Source: Chiloscyllium plagiosum (taxonomy: Eukaryota). Taken from it: a stretch of 20,000 nucleotides of DNA. Under the pieces are notes generated by a model, which was given only the letters and a program-made list of their open reading frames with translations, was not told the DNA's origin and made no database searches. The stretch lies in contig NC_057719.1 in the NCBI RefSeq assembly GCF_004010195.1, positions 18,096,595 to 18,116,594 of the forward strand, in the 5' to 3' direction. A program made the position numbers and the translations under genes. Shown one piece after another: positions 9,903-20,000 of this stretch. Position 1 is the stretch's first letter. Each line of letters begins with the position of its first letter.

Positions 9903-10290
9903 TGTTTATGGGACATGGGCATCACTGGCTGTGCCAGCATTTATTGCCTGCCCACATTGCCTGAGGGCAGTTAAAAGTTAACCACATTGCGTTAAGTCTG
10001 CAGTCACATGTTAGCCTGATCATGTAGGGATGACAGATTTCCATAGAATCCCTACAGTGCGGAAGCAGGGCATTTGGCCCAACCAGTTGACACTGACTCT
10101 CCAAAGACCATCCCACCTATTCCTGTAACCTGCATTTCCCATGGCTTATCCACCTAAACCACGCATCCCTGGGCACAAAGGGCAATTTAGCAAGGCCAAT
10201 CCACCTTATCTGAACATCCTTTATTAATGAAAGAGATGGGTTTTTACAACAATCAATTGTAGATTTTTGCTGAAGTCAAAATTCACATTT
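9903..10290 (-). mobile_element. 3' and middle part of a tRNA-derived SINE with LINE-derived tail, interrupted by an HE1 fragment
   Basis: Tail GCCAGCATTTATTGCC is shared with 2690-2735. Body GAGGGCAGTTAAAAGTTAACCACATTGC..CAGATTTCC resumes after 10219 as GATGGGTTTTTACAACAATC..AGATTTTT. Confidence 0.7.
10043..10219 (-). mobile_element. 5'-truncated HE1-like SINE
   Basis: ATAGAATCCCTACAGTG..GGGCAATTTAGCAAGGCCAATCCACCT is the reverse complement of the 3' half of 9190-9530. Confidence 0.85.
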
Positions 10291-10539
10291 ACTATAAACA
10301 TAAGACTGTGAGATGGCCCTCCATTTCTGTTCCAGCAGCAGGAAGAGCGGGAGTTCTAATCAAGAAGGACTCTTGTGTGTTGCTAAGGTAAGGCTTTTCA
10401 AGTTATATTTCTTGTGTATTGTGTGATTGATTAAAAGTTTAATTGGTTAAGTGAATAAGACCGTAGCAGAGAACTACTAGAAATTATTTAATGCATAAAT
10501 TGTAAAAGTTAAGTAAGTAAGTAGTTATCGCTGGACAGA

Positions 10540-11470
10540 TATGAGCTGCAGCTGAACGATGTGGGAGCCAGCTGATCCCATTGTGAACGGCAGTGAGCAC
10601 ATCTGCAGCAAGTGTTGGTTGCTGGAAGAACTCCGGATCAGAATTGATGATCTGGAATCTGAGCTTCAAACACTGCGGCACATCTATGGAGGAGGAGAGT
10701 TACCTGGACACTTTGTTTTAGGATGCAGTCACACCCAGTAGGTTAAGTAATTCAAATTCAGTTAGTGATCAGGAACAATAGGGTGTGACTGTAAATGAGG
10801 CAGGTAGGGGGATTCTGAGTTCAGTAGTGAAGGAGCCTCAGCCCTTGACCTTGTCAAACAGGTATGAACTTCTTGCTCATTGGATGGATGAGGAAAAGGA
10901 CTGTAGACAGGATGAGCCAGCTGACCACGGCACCAGGGTGTAGAAGGCCAGAAGAGGGGGGGGGGGGGGGGGGGCAAAAAGACAAGCAGTTGTTATAGTG
11001 GATTCTACAATTAGGGGGACAGATAGTATCCTTGGCAAGCCTGATCAGGAATCCCGCATGGTGTGTTGCCTGCCTGTTGCCAGGACATCTCCGACTGGCT
11101 TGAAAGAACATTGGAGTGGGAGGGGAAGGATCCAGTTGTTGTGCTTCATGTTGGGACTAACAACATTGGCAAAACTAGGATGTAAGACGTATTTGGGGAT
11201 TATCAAGCACTAGAAAGGAAATTGAAGTACAGGTCCTCAAGGGTCATAATCTCTGGATTACTGACCGAACCATGTGCCAATTGGCATAGGGATAAGAAAG
11301 TTAGGGAAGTAAACACATGGCTAAGGGATTGGTGTGGGAAAGAGGGATTTCATTTCATGGGGCATTGGCATCAGTTTTGGAACTGGGTGGGATCTGTACC
11401 ATTGGGATGAACCGATCTGGAATTAGTGTTCCAATGAAAAGGAGAAACAGGGTGGTCAGTAGGACTTTAA
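10540..11470 (+). pseudogene. CR1 ORF1 remnant: Cys zinc finger/leucine zipper + SGNH/GDSL esterase domain
   Basis: MWE...HICSKCWLLEELRIRIDDLESELQTLRHI; VVIVDSTIRGTD..SRMVCCLP; HVGTNNIG; VIISGLL..VNTWLRDWCGKEGFHF. Multiple stops and frameshifts. Confidence 0.88.
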
Positions 11471-11797
11471 ACTTCCGAGTCAGTGGGGAGGGAAGGGAAA
11501 GCAAAAACGACAGGGAGTATCAAGTTAAATGGAAAGAAAAGCAGCATGTGTGCAGCTGGGTTTAAGCTCAAGGCAGACTAGGAATGTAGCAAAAAGGAAG
11601 GATAACTTAGGACATTTTATGATTTCCAATATCTCTAGTAATGGTAACAAAGTTAGAATTAAGGCACTTTATCTGAAAGCTTGTAGTATTGGGAACAAAG
11701 TAGATGAATTAATGGTTATGATGTGGTAGGCATCACAGAGATGTAGTTGGAGGGGGGGTTCAGGACGGGCAATTAAACATCCACGGATTTACAATTT

Positions 11798-13006
11798 AGA
11801 GTCAGAGTCATAGAGAGGTACAGCATGGAAACAGACCCTTTGATCCAAATCGTCCATGCCGACCAGATAACCCAACCCAATCTCGTCCCACCTACCAGCA
11901 CCCGGCCCATATCCCTCCAAACCCTTCCTATTCATAGATCCATCCAGATGCCTTTTAAATGCTGTAATTGTACCAGCCTCCACCATTGCCCCTTAGGTCT
12001 CTTTTATATCTTTCCCCCTCACCCTAAACCTATGCCCTCTAGTTCTGGACTCCCCCACCCCAGGGAAAACACTTTGCTTATTTATCCTATCCATATCCCC
12101 CATAATTTTATAAACCTCTATAAGGTCATCCCTCAGCCTCCGACACTCCAGGGAAAACAGCCCCAGCAGATTCAATCTCTTCCTACACGTCAAATCCTCC
12201 AACCCTGGCAACATTCTTGTAACTCTTTTCTGAACCATTTCAAGTTTCACAATATCTTTATAGGAAGGAGACCAGAATTGCACGCAATATTCCAACAGTG
12301 GCCTAACCAATGTCCTGTACAGCTGTAACATGACCTCCCAACTCCTGTACTGAATGCTCTGACCAATAAAGGAAAGCATACCCAACGCCTTCTTCACTAT
12401 CCTATCTACCTGTGACTCCATTTTCAAGGAGCTATGAATCTGCACTCCAAGGTCTCTTTGTTCAGTAACACTCTGTAGGACCTTACCATTAAATGTATAA
12501 GTCCTGCTAAGATTTGCTTTCCCAAAATGCAGCACCTCACATTTATCTAAATTAAACTCCATCTGCCACTCCTCAGCCTATTGGCTCATCTGATCAAGAT
12601 CACATTGTATTCTGAGATAATCTTCTTCGCTGTCCACTACACCTCCAATTTGGGGGTCATCTGCAAACTTACTAACTATATCTCTTAAGCTCATATCCAA
12701 ATCATTTATATAAATGACAATAAGTAGTGGACCCAGCACCGATCATTGTGGCACTCCACTGATCATAGGCCTCCAGTCTGAAAAACAACCCTCCACCACC
12801 TTCTGTCTTCTACCTTTGAGCCAGTTCTGTATCCAAATGGCTAGCTCTCCCTGTATTCCATGAGGTTCCATGGGGAACCTTGTCAAACGCCTTACTGAAG
12901 TCCATATAGATCATGTCTACTGCTCTAACCTCATCAATCCTCTTTGTTACTTCTTCAAAAAACTCAATCATGTTTGTGAGACATGATTCCGTGCACAAAG
13001 CCATGT
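11798..13006 (-). mobile_element. 5'-truncated CR1 (RT + 3'UTR) inserted antisense into the host APE domain
   Basis: ORFs 12810-13136 ([13 protein letters not shown]), 11993-12562 (FNLDKCEVLHFG..RDDLIEVYKI) and 11789-11986. Tail CTCTATGACTCTGACTCT on minus at 11798-11815. Confidence 0.93.
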
Positions 13007-15444
13007 GACAAGAAGGTGGGCAGAGGGGGTGGGTTGCCCTGTTAGGTAAGAACGAAATTAAAGCTATGACACTGAATGACATAGGGTCAGATGATGTGGA
13101 GTCTGGGTGGGTGAAGTTGAGGAACCGCAAAGGCAAAAAAAACCATAATGGGAGTTATGTACAGACCTCCTAACAGTGGTCAGGACTAGTGGCACAAGAT
13201 GTACTGGGAAATGTCAGAAAGGCAAGGTCACGGTGATCATGGGGGACTTCAATATGCAGGTGGACTGAGTGAATATTGTTGATGTGGATCCAAAGAAAGG
13301 GAATTCATAGAATGCTTACAGGATGACTTTTTGGAACAGCTTGTGATGAAACCACAAGGCAGCAGGCTATTCTGGACTTAGTGCCATGCAAAGATCTTAA
13401 AGTAAGGGAACACTTAGGAGGCAGCGATCATAATATGGTAGAGTTCGGACTGCAGTTTAAAAGAGAGAAGGCAAAATTGGATGTCGTGTTGTTATAGTTA
13501 AATAAAGATAATTACAGGAGCATGAGAGAAAAACTGACAAAAATCGACTGGAAGCAGAGCCTAGGGGGGATGATAGTAAAGCAACAATGGCAGGGGTTTC
13601 TGGGTATAATTGAGGAAACAGTACAGACATTCATCCCAAAGAAAAAAAAGATTACCGTTAGGTGGGGAAAGACAGCCATGGCTGACAAAGTAAGTCAGGA
13701 AATGTATCAAAGAAAAAGAGAGAGCCTATAAAGTGGCCAAGAGCACTGGGAAATCAAAAGATTGGGAAGGCTACAAAAATGAATAGAGGATAACAGAGAA
13801 ATAAGGAAGGAGAGGATCAAATATGAAGGTAGGCTAGCCAATAATATTAGAAATGATAGTAAAAGTTTCTTATCAATACATAAGAAACAAACGAGAGGCA
13901 AAAGTAGACATTGGGCCACTCCAAATTGATGCTGGAAGGCTAGTGATGGGAAATAAGGAAATAGCTGCAGAACTTAATAAGTACTTTGTGTCGGTCTTCA
14001 CAGTGAAAGAGATGGGTAATATCCCAACAATTAAGGAGAATCAGGGGGCAGAGTTGAGTGTGGTAGCCATTACAAAAGAGGAAGTGCTAGAAAAGCTAAA
14101 AGGTCTAAAAATCAATAAATCTGGCCCCAGTGGGCTACATCCTAAAGTTCTGAGGGTGGTGGCTGAGAAAATAGTAAAGGCGTTGATTGTGATATTTCAA
14201 AAGTCGCTGGAGTCAGGGAAAGTCCCAGATGATTGGAAAATCACTGTTGTAACCCCCTTGTTCAAGAAAGGATCAAGACAAAAGATAGAAAATTATCGGC
14301 TGATTAACCTCACCTCAGTTGTTGGTAAAATTCTCGAATCATTGTTAATGATGAGATTCCTAAATTCTTGCAAGTGCAGGGTTGGATTAGAACAAGTCAG
14401 TGTGGGGAGGTTGTGCCTGACAAACCTGTTAGAGTTCTTTGAAGAGGTAACAAGTAGGATAGGCCAGGGAAACCCAGTGGATGTTATCTATCTACACTTC
14501 CAAAAGGCCTTTGATAAGGTACCTCATGGGAGGCTACTGAGTAAGGTGAGGGCCAATGGTGTTCGAGGTGAATGACTGGCATGAGTTGAGGATTGGCTGT
14601 CTGTCAGAAGGCAGAGAGTTGGGATAAAAGGATCTTTTTCAGAATGGCAGCTAGTGACAAGTGGTGTCCCGCAAAGTTCAGTATTGGGGCCATAGCTGTT
14701 CACTTTATATATTAATGATCTGGATAAAGGGACTAGAGGCATTCTGGCAGTTTGCCAATGATATGAAGTTAGGTGGACAGGTAGGTAGTACCAAGGAGGT
14801 GGGAAGGCTGTGGAAAGATTTAGACAGTTTAGGAGAGTGGTCCAGGAAATGGTTGATGAAATTCAATGTGAGCAAATGCAAGGTAATTCACTTTGGAAAA
14901 AAGAATACAGGCATGGGCTATTTTCTAAACAGTGAGAAAATTCATAAAGCCAAAGTACAAAGAATCTGGGAATGTTAGCCCAGGATTCTCTGAAGGTCGA
15001 CTTGCAGGTCGAGTCCACGATGAAGAAAGCAAATGTAATGTTGTCTTTTATCTCAAGAGGGTTGGAATATAAAAACAGTGATGTGCTTCTGAGACTTTAT
15101 AAAGCTCTAGTTAGGCCCCATTTAGAATGCTGTGTCCAGTTTTGGAGCCCCACACCTCAGGAAGGACATACTGGCACTGGAATATGTCCCACAGAGATTT
15201 ACATGGATGATCCCTGGAATGGTAGGCCTAACATACAATGAATGGCTGAGGATTCTGGGATTGTGTTCATTAGAGTTTAGAAGGTTGAGGGGAGATCTAA
15301 TAGAAACTTACAAGATAATGCATGGCTTAGAAAGGGTGGCCGCCGGAAAGTTCTTTCCGTTAGGCGGGGACACTAGGATCCGGGGGCACAACCTTAGAAT
15401 TAGAGGCAGTAAATTTAGAACAGAAATAAGGAAACATTTCTTCA

Positions 15445-16657
15445 ATAGACAATAGGTACAGGAGTAGGCTATTCAGCCCTTCAAGCCAGCACCACCATTC
15501 ATTATGATCATGGCTGAACATCCACAATTAGTATCCAGTTCCTGCCTTATCCCCATAACCCTTGATTTCACTATCTTTAAGAGGTCTATTCATCTCTTTC
15601 TTGAAAGTATCCAGAGACTTGGCCTCCATTGCCTTCTGGGGCAGAGCATTCCATATATCCACCACTCTCTGGGTGAAGAAGTTTCTCCTCAACTCTATTC
15701 TAAATGGCCTATCCCTTATTTTTAAACTGTGCCCTCTGGTTCTGGACTCACCCATCAGCGGAAACATGCTTTCTACTTCCAGAGTGTCCAATCCTTTACT
15801 AATCTTATACATCTCAATCAGATCCCCTCTCATCCTTCTAAACTGAAGCATATACAAGCCCAGTCACTCCAATCTTTCAATATATGATGGTCCCTCGATT
15901 CCAGGAATTGACCTCGTGAATCTATGCTGGACTCCCTCAATAGCCAGAATTTCCTTCCTCAAATGTGGAGACCAAAACTGCACACAATACTCCATGTGCG
16001 ATCTCACCAGGGCTCTGTACAGCTGCAGAAGGATCTCTTTACTCCTATACTCAATTTCTCTTGTAATGAAGGCCAGCATGCAATTAGCTTTCTTCACTGC
16101 CTGCTGTACCTGCATGCTTGCTTTCATTGACTGGTGTACAAGAACACCTGGATCTCGTTGTACTTCCCCTTTACCTAACTTGACTCCAGTTAGATAGTAA
16201 TCTGCCTTCCTGTTCTTGCCACTAAAGTGGGTAACCACATTTATTCACATTAAACTGCATCTGCCATGCATCTGTCCACTCACTTAGCCTGTCCAAGTCA
16301 CCCTGTATTTTCATAACATCCTCCTCGCATTTTACCCTGCTACCCAGCTTTGTGTCATCAGCAAATTTGCTAATATTATTTTAATACCTTCATCTATATC
16401 ATTGATGTATATTGTAAACAGCTGCAGTCCCAGCACCGAACCTTGTGGTACTCCACTGGTCACTGTCTGCCATTCCGAAAGGGACCCATTTATCAATACT
16501 CTTTGCTTGCTGTCAACCAGCCAATTTTCAATCCAAGTCAGTATTTTGCCCCCAGTACCATATGCCCTAATTTTGCTCACTAATCTCCTATGTGGGACTT
16601 TATCAAAGGCTTTCTGAAAGTCCAGGTACACTATGTCCACTGGCTCTCCCTTGTCAA
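15445..16657 (-). mobile_element. 5'-truncated CR1 inserted antisense near the host ORF2 end; TSD TCTTCA
   Basis: ORFs with [48 protein letters not shown]. Tail (CTATTGT)n on minus. TCTTCA at 15439-15444 and 16658-16663. Confidence 0.93.
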
Positions 16658-16900
16658 TCTTCAGCCAGAGAATGGAGGGCCTGTGGAATTCATTGCCACG
16701 AAGTGCAGTGGATTCCGGGATGTTAAATGTCTTCAAGGCAGAGATTGATAAATTCTTGATCTCCCAAGGAATTAAGGGCTATGGAGAGAGTGCAGGTAAA
16801 TGAGTTGAAATGCCCATCAGCCATGATTAAATGGCAGAGTGGACTCAATGGGCCAAATAGCCTTAGTTCCATTCCTATGTATCATGGTCTTATGGCCTTA

Positions 16901-18287
16901 TAGATATAGGAGCAGAAATTAGGCCATTCAACCCATCAAGTCTGCTCTGCCATTCCATCATGGCAGATAAGTTTCTTATTTCCATTCTTCCACTTTCTCC
17001 CTGTAACCCTTGATCCCCATAATACTCAAGAGCCCATCTATCTCAGTAATAAATTTCCTCAATGACCTGGCCGCCACAGCTTGTCCCTGGCTGAAGAAGA
17101 TTCTCCATAGCTTTGTTCTAAAAGGTCTTCACTTTACTCTGAGGCTGTGCCCTCAAGTCCTACTCTCCTACCAATGGAAACATCTTCCCAATGTCCACTC
17201 TGTCCAGGCCTTTCAGTATTCTGTATGTTTCAATTAGATTCTCCTTCTAAACTCCATCGAGTATAAACCCAGAGTCCTCAAATGTTCCTCGTATGTTAAG
17301 CTTTTCATTCCTGGGACCATTCTCGTGAACCTCCTCTGAACATGCTCCAGGGCCAGTACATCCTTCTTGAGATATGGGACCCAAAACTGCCCACAATACT
17401 CCAAATGTGTTTCTACCAAAGCTTTATAGAGTCTCAGCAGTACATCTTTGACTTTATATTCAAGTCCTCTCAAAATAAATGCCATCATTGATTTGCCTTC
17501 CCAACTACTGACACAATCTGCAAGCTTACCTTGAGAGAATCCTGGACTAGAACTCCCAAGTCTCTTTGCACTTCAGATTTCTGAATTCTCTCCCCATTTA
17601 GAAAATAGTTCATGCCTCTATTCTTCCTATCAACGTGAATGACCTCACACTTTACCATGTTGTACTCCATCTGCCACTTCTTTGCCACTCTCCTAATCTG
17701 TCCAAATCCTCCCCATGTCCTCAATACTACCTGTCCCTCCACCTATCTTTGTATCATCTGCAAACTTAGCCAGAATGCCCTCAGTTCCTTCCCTTTTATC
17801 CCTACTCTCTGCTTTCTGCCAGACAGCCAAGCTTCTATCCATGCTAGCACCTTGCCTCTGGTGCCATGGCCCCTGATGTTACTCAGTAAGCTCCTGTGTG
17901 ACACCTTGTCAAAGGCCTTCTTGAAGTCCAGGTAGGTAAAGTCCATTGGTTCACCTTGGTTGAAAATGCTCATTACTTCCTCAAAGAATTCTAACAGATT
18001 TGCAAGGTATGACCTCCCCTTGGTAAAACCATGCTGACTTTGCTCTATTTTACCATACACTTCCAAGTATTCAGAAATCTCATCCTTCGCAATGGATTCC
18101 AGGATCTTACCCATGACCAAGGTTAGGCTAATCAGTCTTTATAATTTTCCATTTTTTGCCTTACTCCTTTTTTAAACAGGGGTGTCACATTAGTGATTTT
18201 TCAGTCATCTGGGACCCTCCCTGATTCAAATGAATCCTGAAAGATCACCTCTAACGCCACCACAATATCTTCAGTTATCTTCCTTCA
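16901..18287 (-). mobile_element. 5'-truncated CR1 (RT + 3'UTR) with an internal deletion of the [10 protein letters not shown] region
   Basis: ORFs 17743-18120 (QHGFTKGRS..YLDFKKAFDKV), 17485-17742 and 17234-17488. Junction near 17789 joins QRVGIKG directly to the FADDTK region. Confidence 0.92.
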
Positions 18288-18295
18288 AGGTTTAC

Positions 18296-18398
18296 AAATG
18301 GTGAGATTATGGTGGGAATCAAACCTGTACCCCTCAGAATATTAACTTGGGTCTTTGGTTTACTAACCATTTACATTACATCCACACCATTTCCTCCC
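18296..18398 (-). mobile_element. tRNA-like 5' head of a SINE, probably the head of the 9903-10290 element
   Basis: ATGGTGGGAATCAAACC (antisense B-box), TGGGTCTTTGGTTTACTA, and CCACACCATTTCCTCCC (antisense A-box/start). Confidence 0.6.
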
Positions 18399-18420
18399 TC
18401 TAAATTCATTGTTTTTTTTT

Positions 18421-18770
18421 AGAAGAGTGATCTTATTGAAACACAAAAGATACTCCAGAGTTTGATAGGGCAGAGACAATACTGTGATCTGTGATGGAGT
18501 CTAGATCCAGGGACACAGTTTCAAAATAAGAAGTCATCCATTTGAGAAACATATGAGGAGGAATTACTTCTCTCAGAGGGTTGCTAATCCTTGGAATTCT
18601 CTTCACTAGAGGGCAGGGGAGACAGGTTCTTTGTATATATTCAAATCTGCATCAGCCATATTTTGCTTGACAAGTGAGGTCAAAGGTTATGGGGGGCAGA
18701 CAGGAAAGTGGAGTTCAGCCAGATTAAGCTTGAGGGGCTGAAGGGTCTACTTATGCTCTTAATTCTTATG
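18421..18770 (+). mobile_element. CR1 3' end
   Basis: GTGATCTTATTGAAAC, GAGTCTAGATCCAGGGACACAG, GAGGAGGAATTACTTCTCTCAGAGGGTTG..TGGAATTCTCT, tail TTCTTATG. Confidence 0.85.
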
Positions 18771-18774
18771 AGCC

Positions 18775-19140
18775 ATTTAGCTTAATCCAATTTTCCAGCC
18801 CTTGTAGGTATAGCACTTGAAGTGTATATCTAAGCTCTTGTTAAATATCATAAAGACTTTTGCCTCAACCCTTTCAGGTATTAAGGTCCACCTCCTCACC
18901 TGCCTCTGGGTGAAAACATTTCCCCATCAAAACTTCCAACCTCTTATCCAAAATCTACACCATCTAGTTAAGGATCAGAGGAAATGGGATCTTGCTACTC
19001 ACGGTATTTAGACCCCTCAGGATGTTATATTTAATTGGGTCACTTAATTTCATCTGTTTCAAATAAAAACAAAGCTTACCTTATACACTACTCAAATTCT
19101 CCCATCCATGCTGTGTCCTAATTAATCTTCTCCATACCCA
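18775..19140 (-). mobile_element. Degenerate CR1 3' region
   Basis: TTGCCTCAACCCTTTCAGG, CCTCTGGGTGAAAACATTTCCCC, CCCTCAGGATGTTATAT; colinear with antisense CR1. Confidence 0.6.
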
Positions 19141-19756
19141 TTTCCATCAATCATTGAGCCTTTTGGCTTCAGTAGGTGCGAGTCACGGAAACAGGCCCAG
19201 GTCAGATACAACAGTGATTTTATAGTTAGAACAGAGAATCCCTAAAATGACACATTGTGAACTCAAAAGTGGTCAATTTTCAGTGGGGAATTAAGTCATT
19301 AAAATGATTAAACCTCCCATCTCTAAAATGCATTACAAAGTCATGTAAATAAAACTTTAGACTGTTACTCATAATTTACTTCAGAAAGCATGGAATATAC
19401 GGACCAGTGCATGTTGTCTGTGAACAATGGAATGAAAGCATTCACCATTTTTGATGTATCATTTTCAGAACTAATGCACAGACTGTGGCCACACTTGAAT
19501 GAGATGCATAACTGCTAATAGATTTTTAGTAACGTTTGCAAAATTATTGTAATTTTTAATGTTGAATTTATGAATCCTTACACACTGAACATAGTAATGT
19601 AAAAATTGTCAAGAATAGTAAAAGCTACTCCCACTATTACTCTCTATCTCATTTTACTGGAAGCATAAAACAAATACTGACCAAAATTTTAAGCTTTTCA
19701 CCCTTATACAAGCTTGATGAGCATTGTGTGGCAACCAAGTCCATTAGAAACCTTAG

Positions 19757-20000
19757 TTGAAACTTTATTGCTGGAACAGCACAGCAGGTCAGGCAGCATC
19801 CAGGGAACAGGAGATTCGACGTTTCGGGCACAGGTCCTTCTTCAGGAATGAGCAGAGAGTGTTCAGCAGGAGAAGATAAAAGGTAGGGAGGAGGGACTTG
19901 GAGGAGGGGAGTTGGAAATGTGATAGGTGGAAAGAGGTCAAGGTGAAGATGATAGGTCGGAGTAGGGTGGAGGCGGAGAGGACAAGAAGAAGACTGCAGG
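19757..20000 (-). mobile_element. Penelope-like element 3' terminus (pyrimidine-rich tract, hammerhead, AATAAA), running off the window
   Basis: Minus strand has a C/T-rich tract (20000-19850), then CUGAAGA..GAAACGUC, then GATGCTGCCTGACCTGCTGTGCTGTTCCAGC AATAAA. Same family as 6378-6483 and 7320-7440. No PLE ORF is visible for this copy. Confidence 0.75.
19814..19849 (-). ncRNA. Minimal type I hammerhead ribozyme, catalytic core intact
   Basis: AUUC-CUGAAGA-a-GGAC cugu GCCC-GAAA-CG-UC-GAAU. Stem I is AUUC/GAAU, stem II has one A.C mismatch, palindromic ACGU replaces stem III, cleavage triplet GUC. Confidence 0.8.

Larger units (their letters stand above)
11655..16805 (+). pseudogene. CR1 ORF2 remnant (APE endonuclease + reverse transcriptase), split by two insertions
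   Basis: KALYLKACSIGNKVDEL, IMGDFN, GSDHNMV (APE); [53 protein letters not shown] (YADD site degenerate), KFNVSKCKVIHFG, YKALVRPHLE, RRLRGDLIETYKI. Confidence 0.9.
10307..16900 (+). mobile_element. Near full-length decayed CR1-clade LINE (5'UTR, ORF1, ORF2, 3'UTR with TCTTATGG-type tail), containing two nested antisense CR1s
   Basis: Ordered ORF1 and ORF2 motifs on +. Host sequence resumes in register at 13007 (GRGGGVALL) and at 16658 (F-SQR..WNSLP). Tail ATGGTCTTATGG near 16884-16896. Confidence 0.92.

Noticed and set aside
11825..12328. 167-aa + strand ORF, plus similar ORFs at 3598, 14524, 15562, 15916, 16402 and 17639
   Set aside because: These are antisense shadows of CR1 or PLE coding sequence.
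12810..13136. Apparent novel fusion ORFs (also 16332-16736)
   Set aside because: They are chance read-through across insertion junctions, from antisense host CR1 into the inserted CR1.
13853..14575. 240-aa ORF, the longest in the window, as an intact or domesticated RT gene
   Set aside because: It is a fragment of the decayed CR1 ORF2 with an internal frame-shifted segment, and it ends before the catalytic motif.
1..20000. Prokaryotic RT systems (retron, DGR, CRISPR-associated RT) or CRISPR arrays
   Set aside because: The RT motifs are of non-LTR CR1 or PLE type in vertebrate-like DNA. There are no operons or regularly spaced repeats.

Overview
This is eukaryotic, repeat-rich, CpG-depleted DNA, most likely from a cartilaginous fish, judging by the HE1-type V-SINEs, many CR1-clade LINE remnants and Penelope-like elements (PLEs). 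I cannot support any intact host gene: the listed ORFs are broken retroelement ORFs, their antisense shadows, or short chance ORFs. Main content: (i) an ~8.5-kb nested retroelement stack (9903-18398) containing a near full-length but decayed CR1 (ORF1 zinc finger/zipper + esterase, ORF2 APE + RT) that is itself interrupted by two antisense CR1s; (ii) several PLE termini with minimal hammerhead-ribozyme motifs, one (19814-19849, minus strand) with an intact catalytic core; (iii) an ~330-bp local inverted duplication (6223-6553 / 7251-7593); (iv) a CpG-enriched block with no recognised repeats near 5.0-5.45 kb; (v) a canonical-looking 93-nt minus-strand intron at 9680-9772. Family names come from recalled consensus motifs rather than database searches, and most boundaries are approximate. 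I found no convincing wholly novel system.
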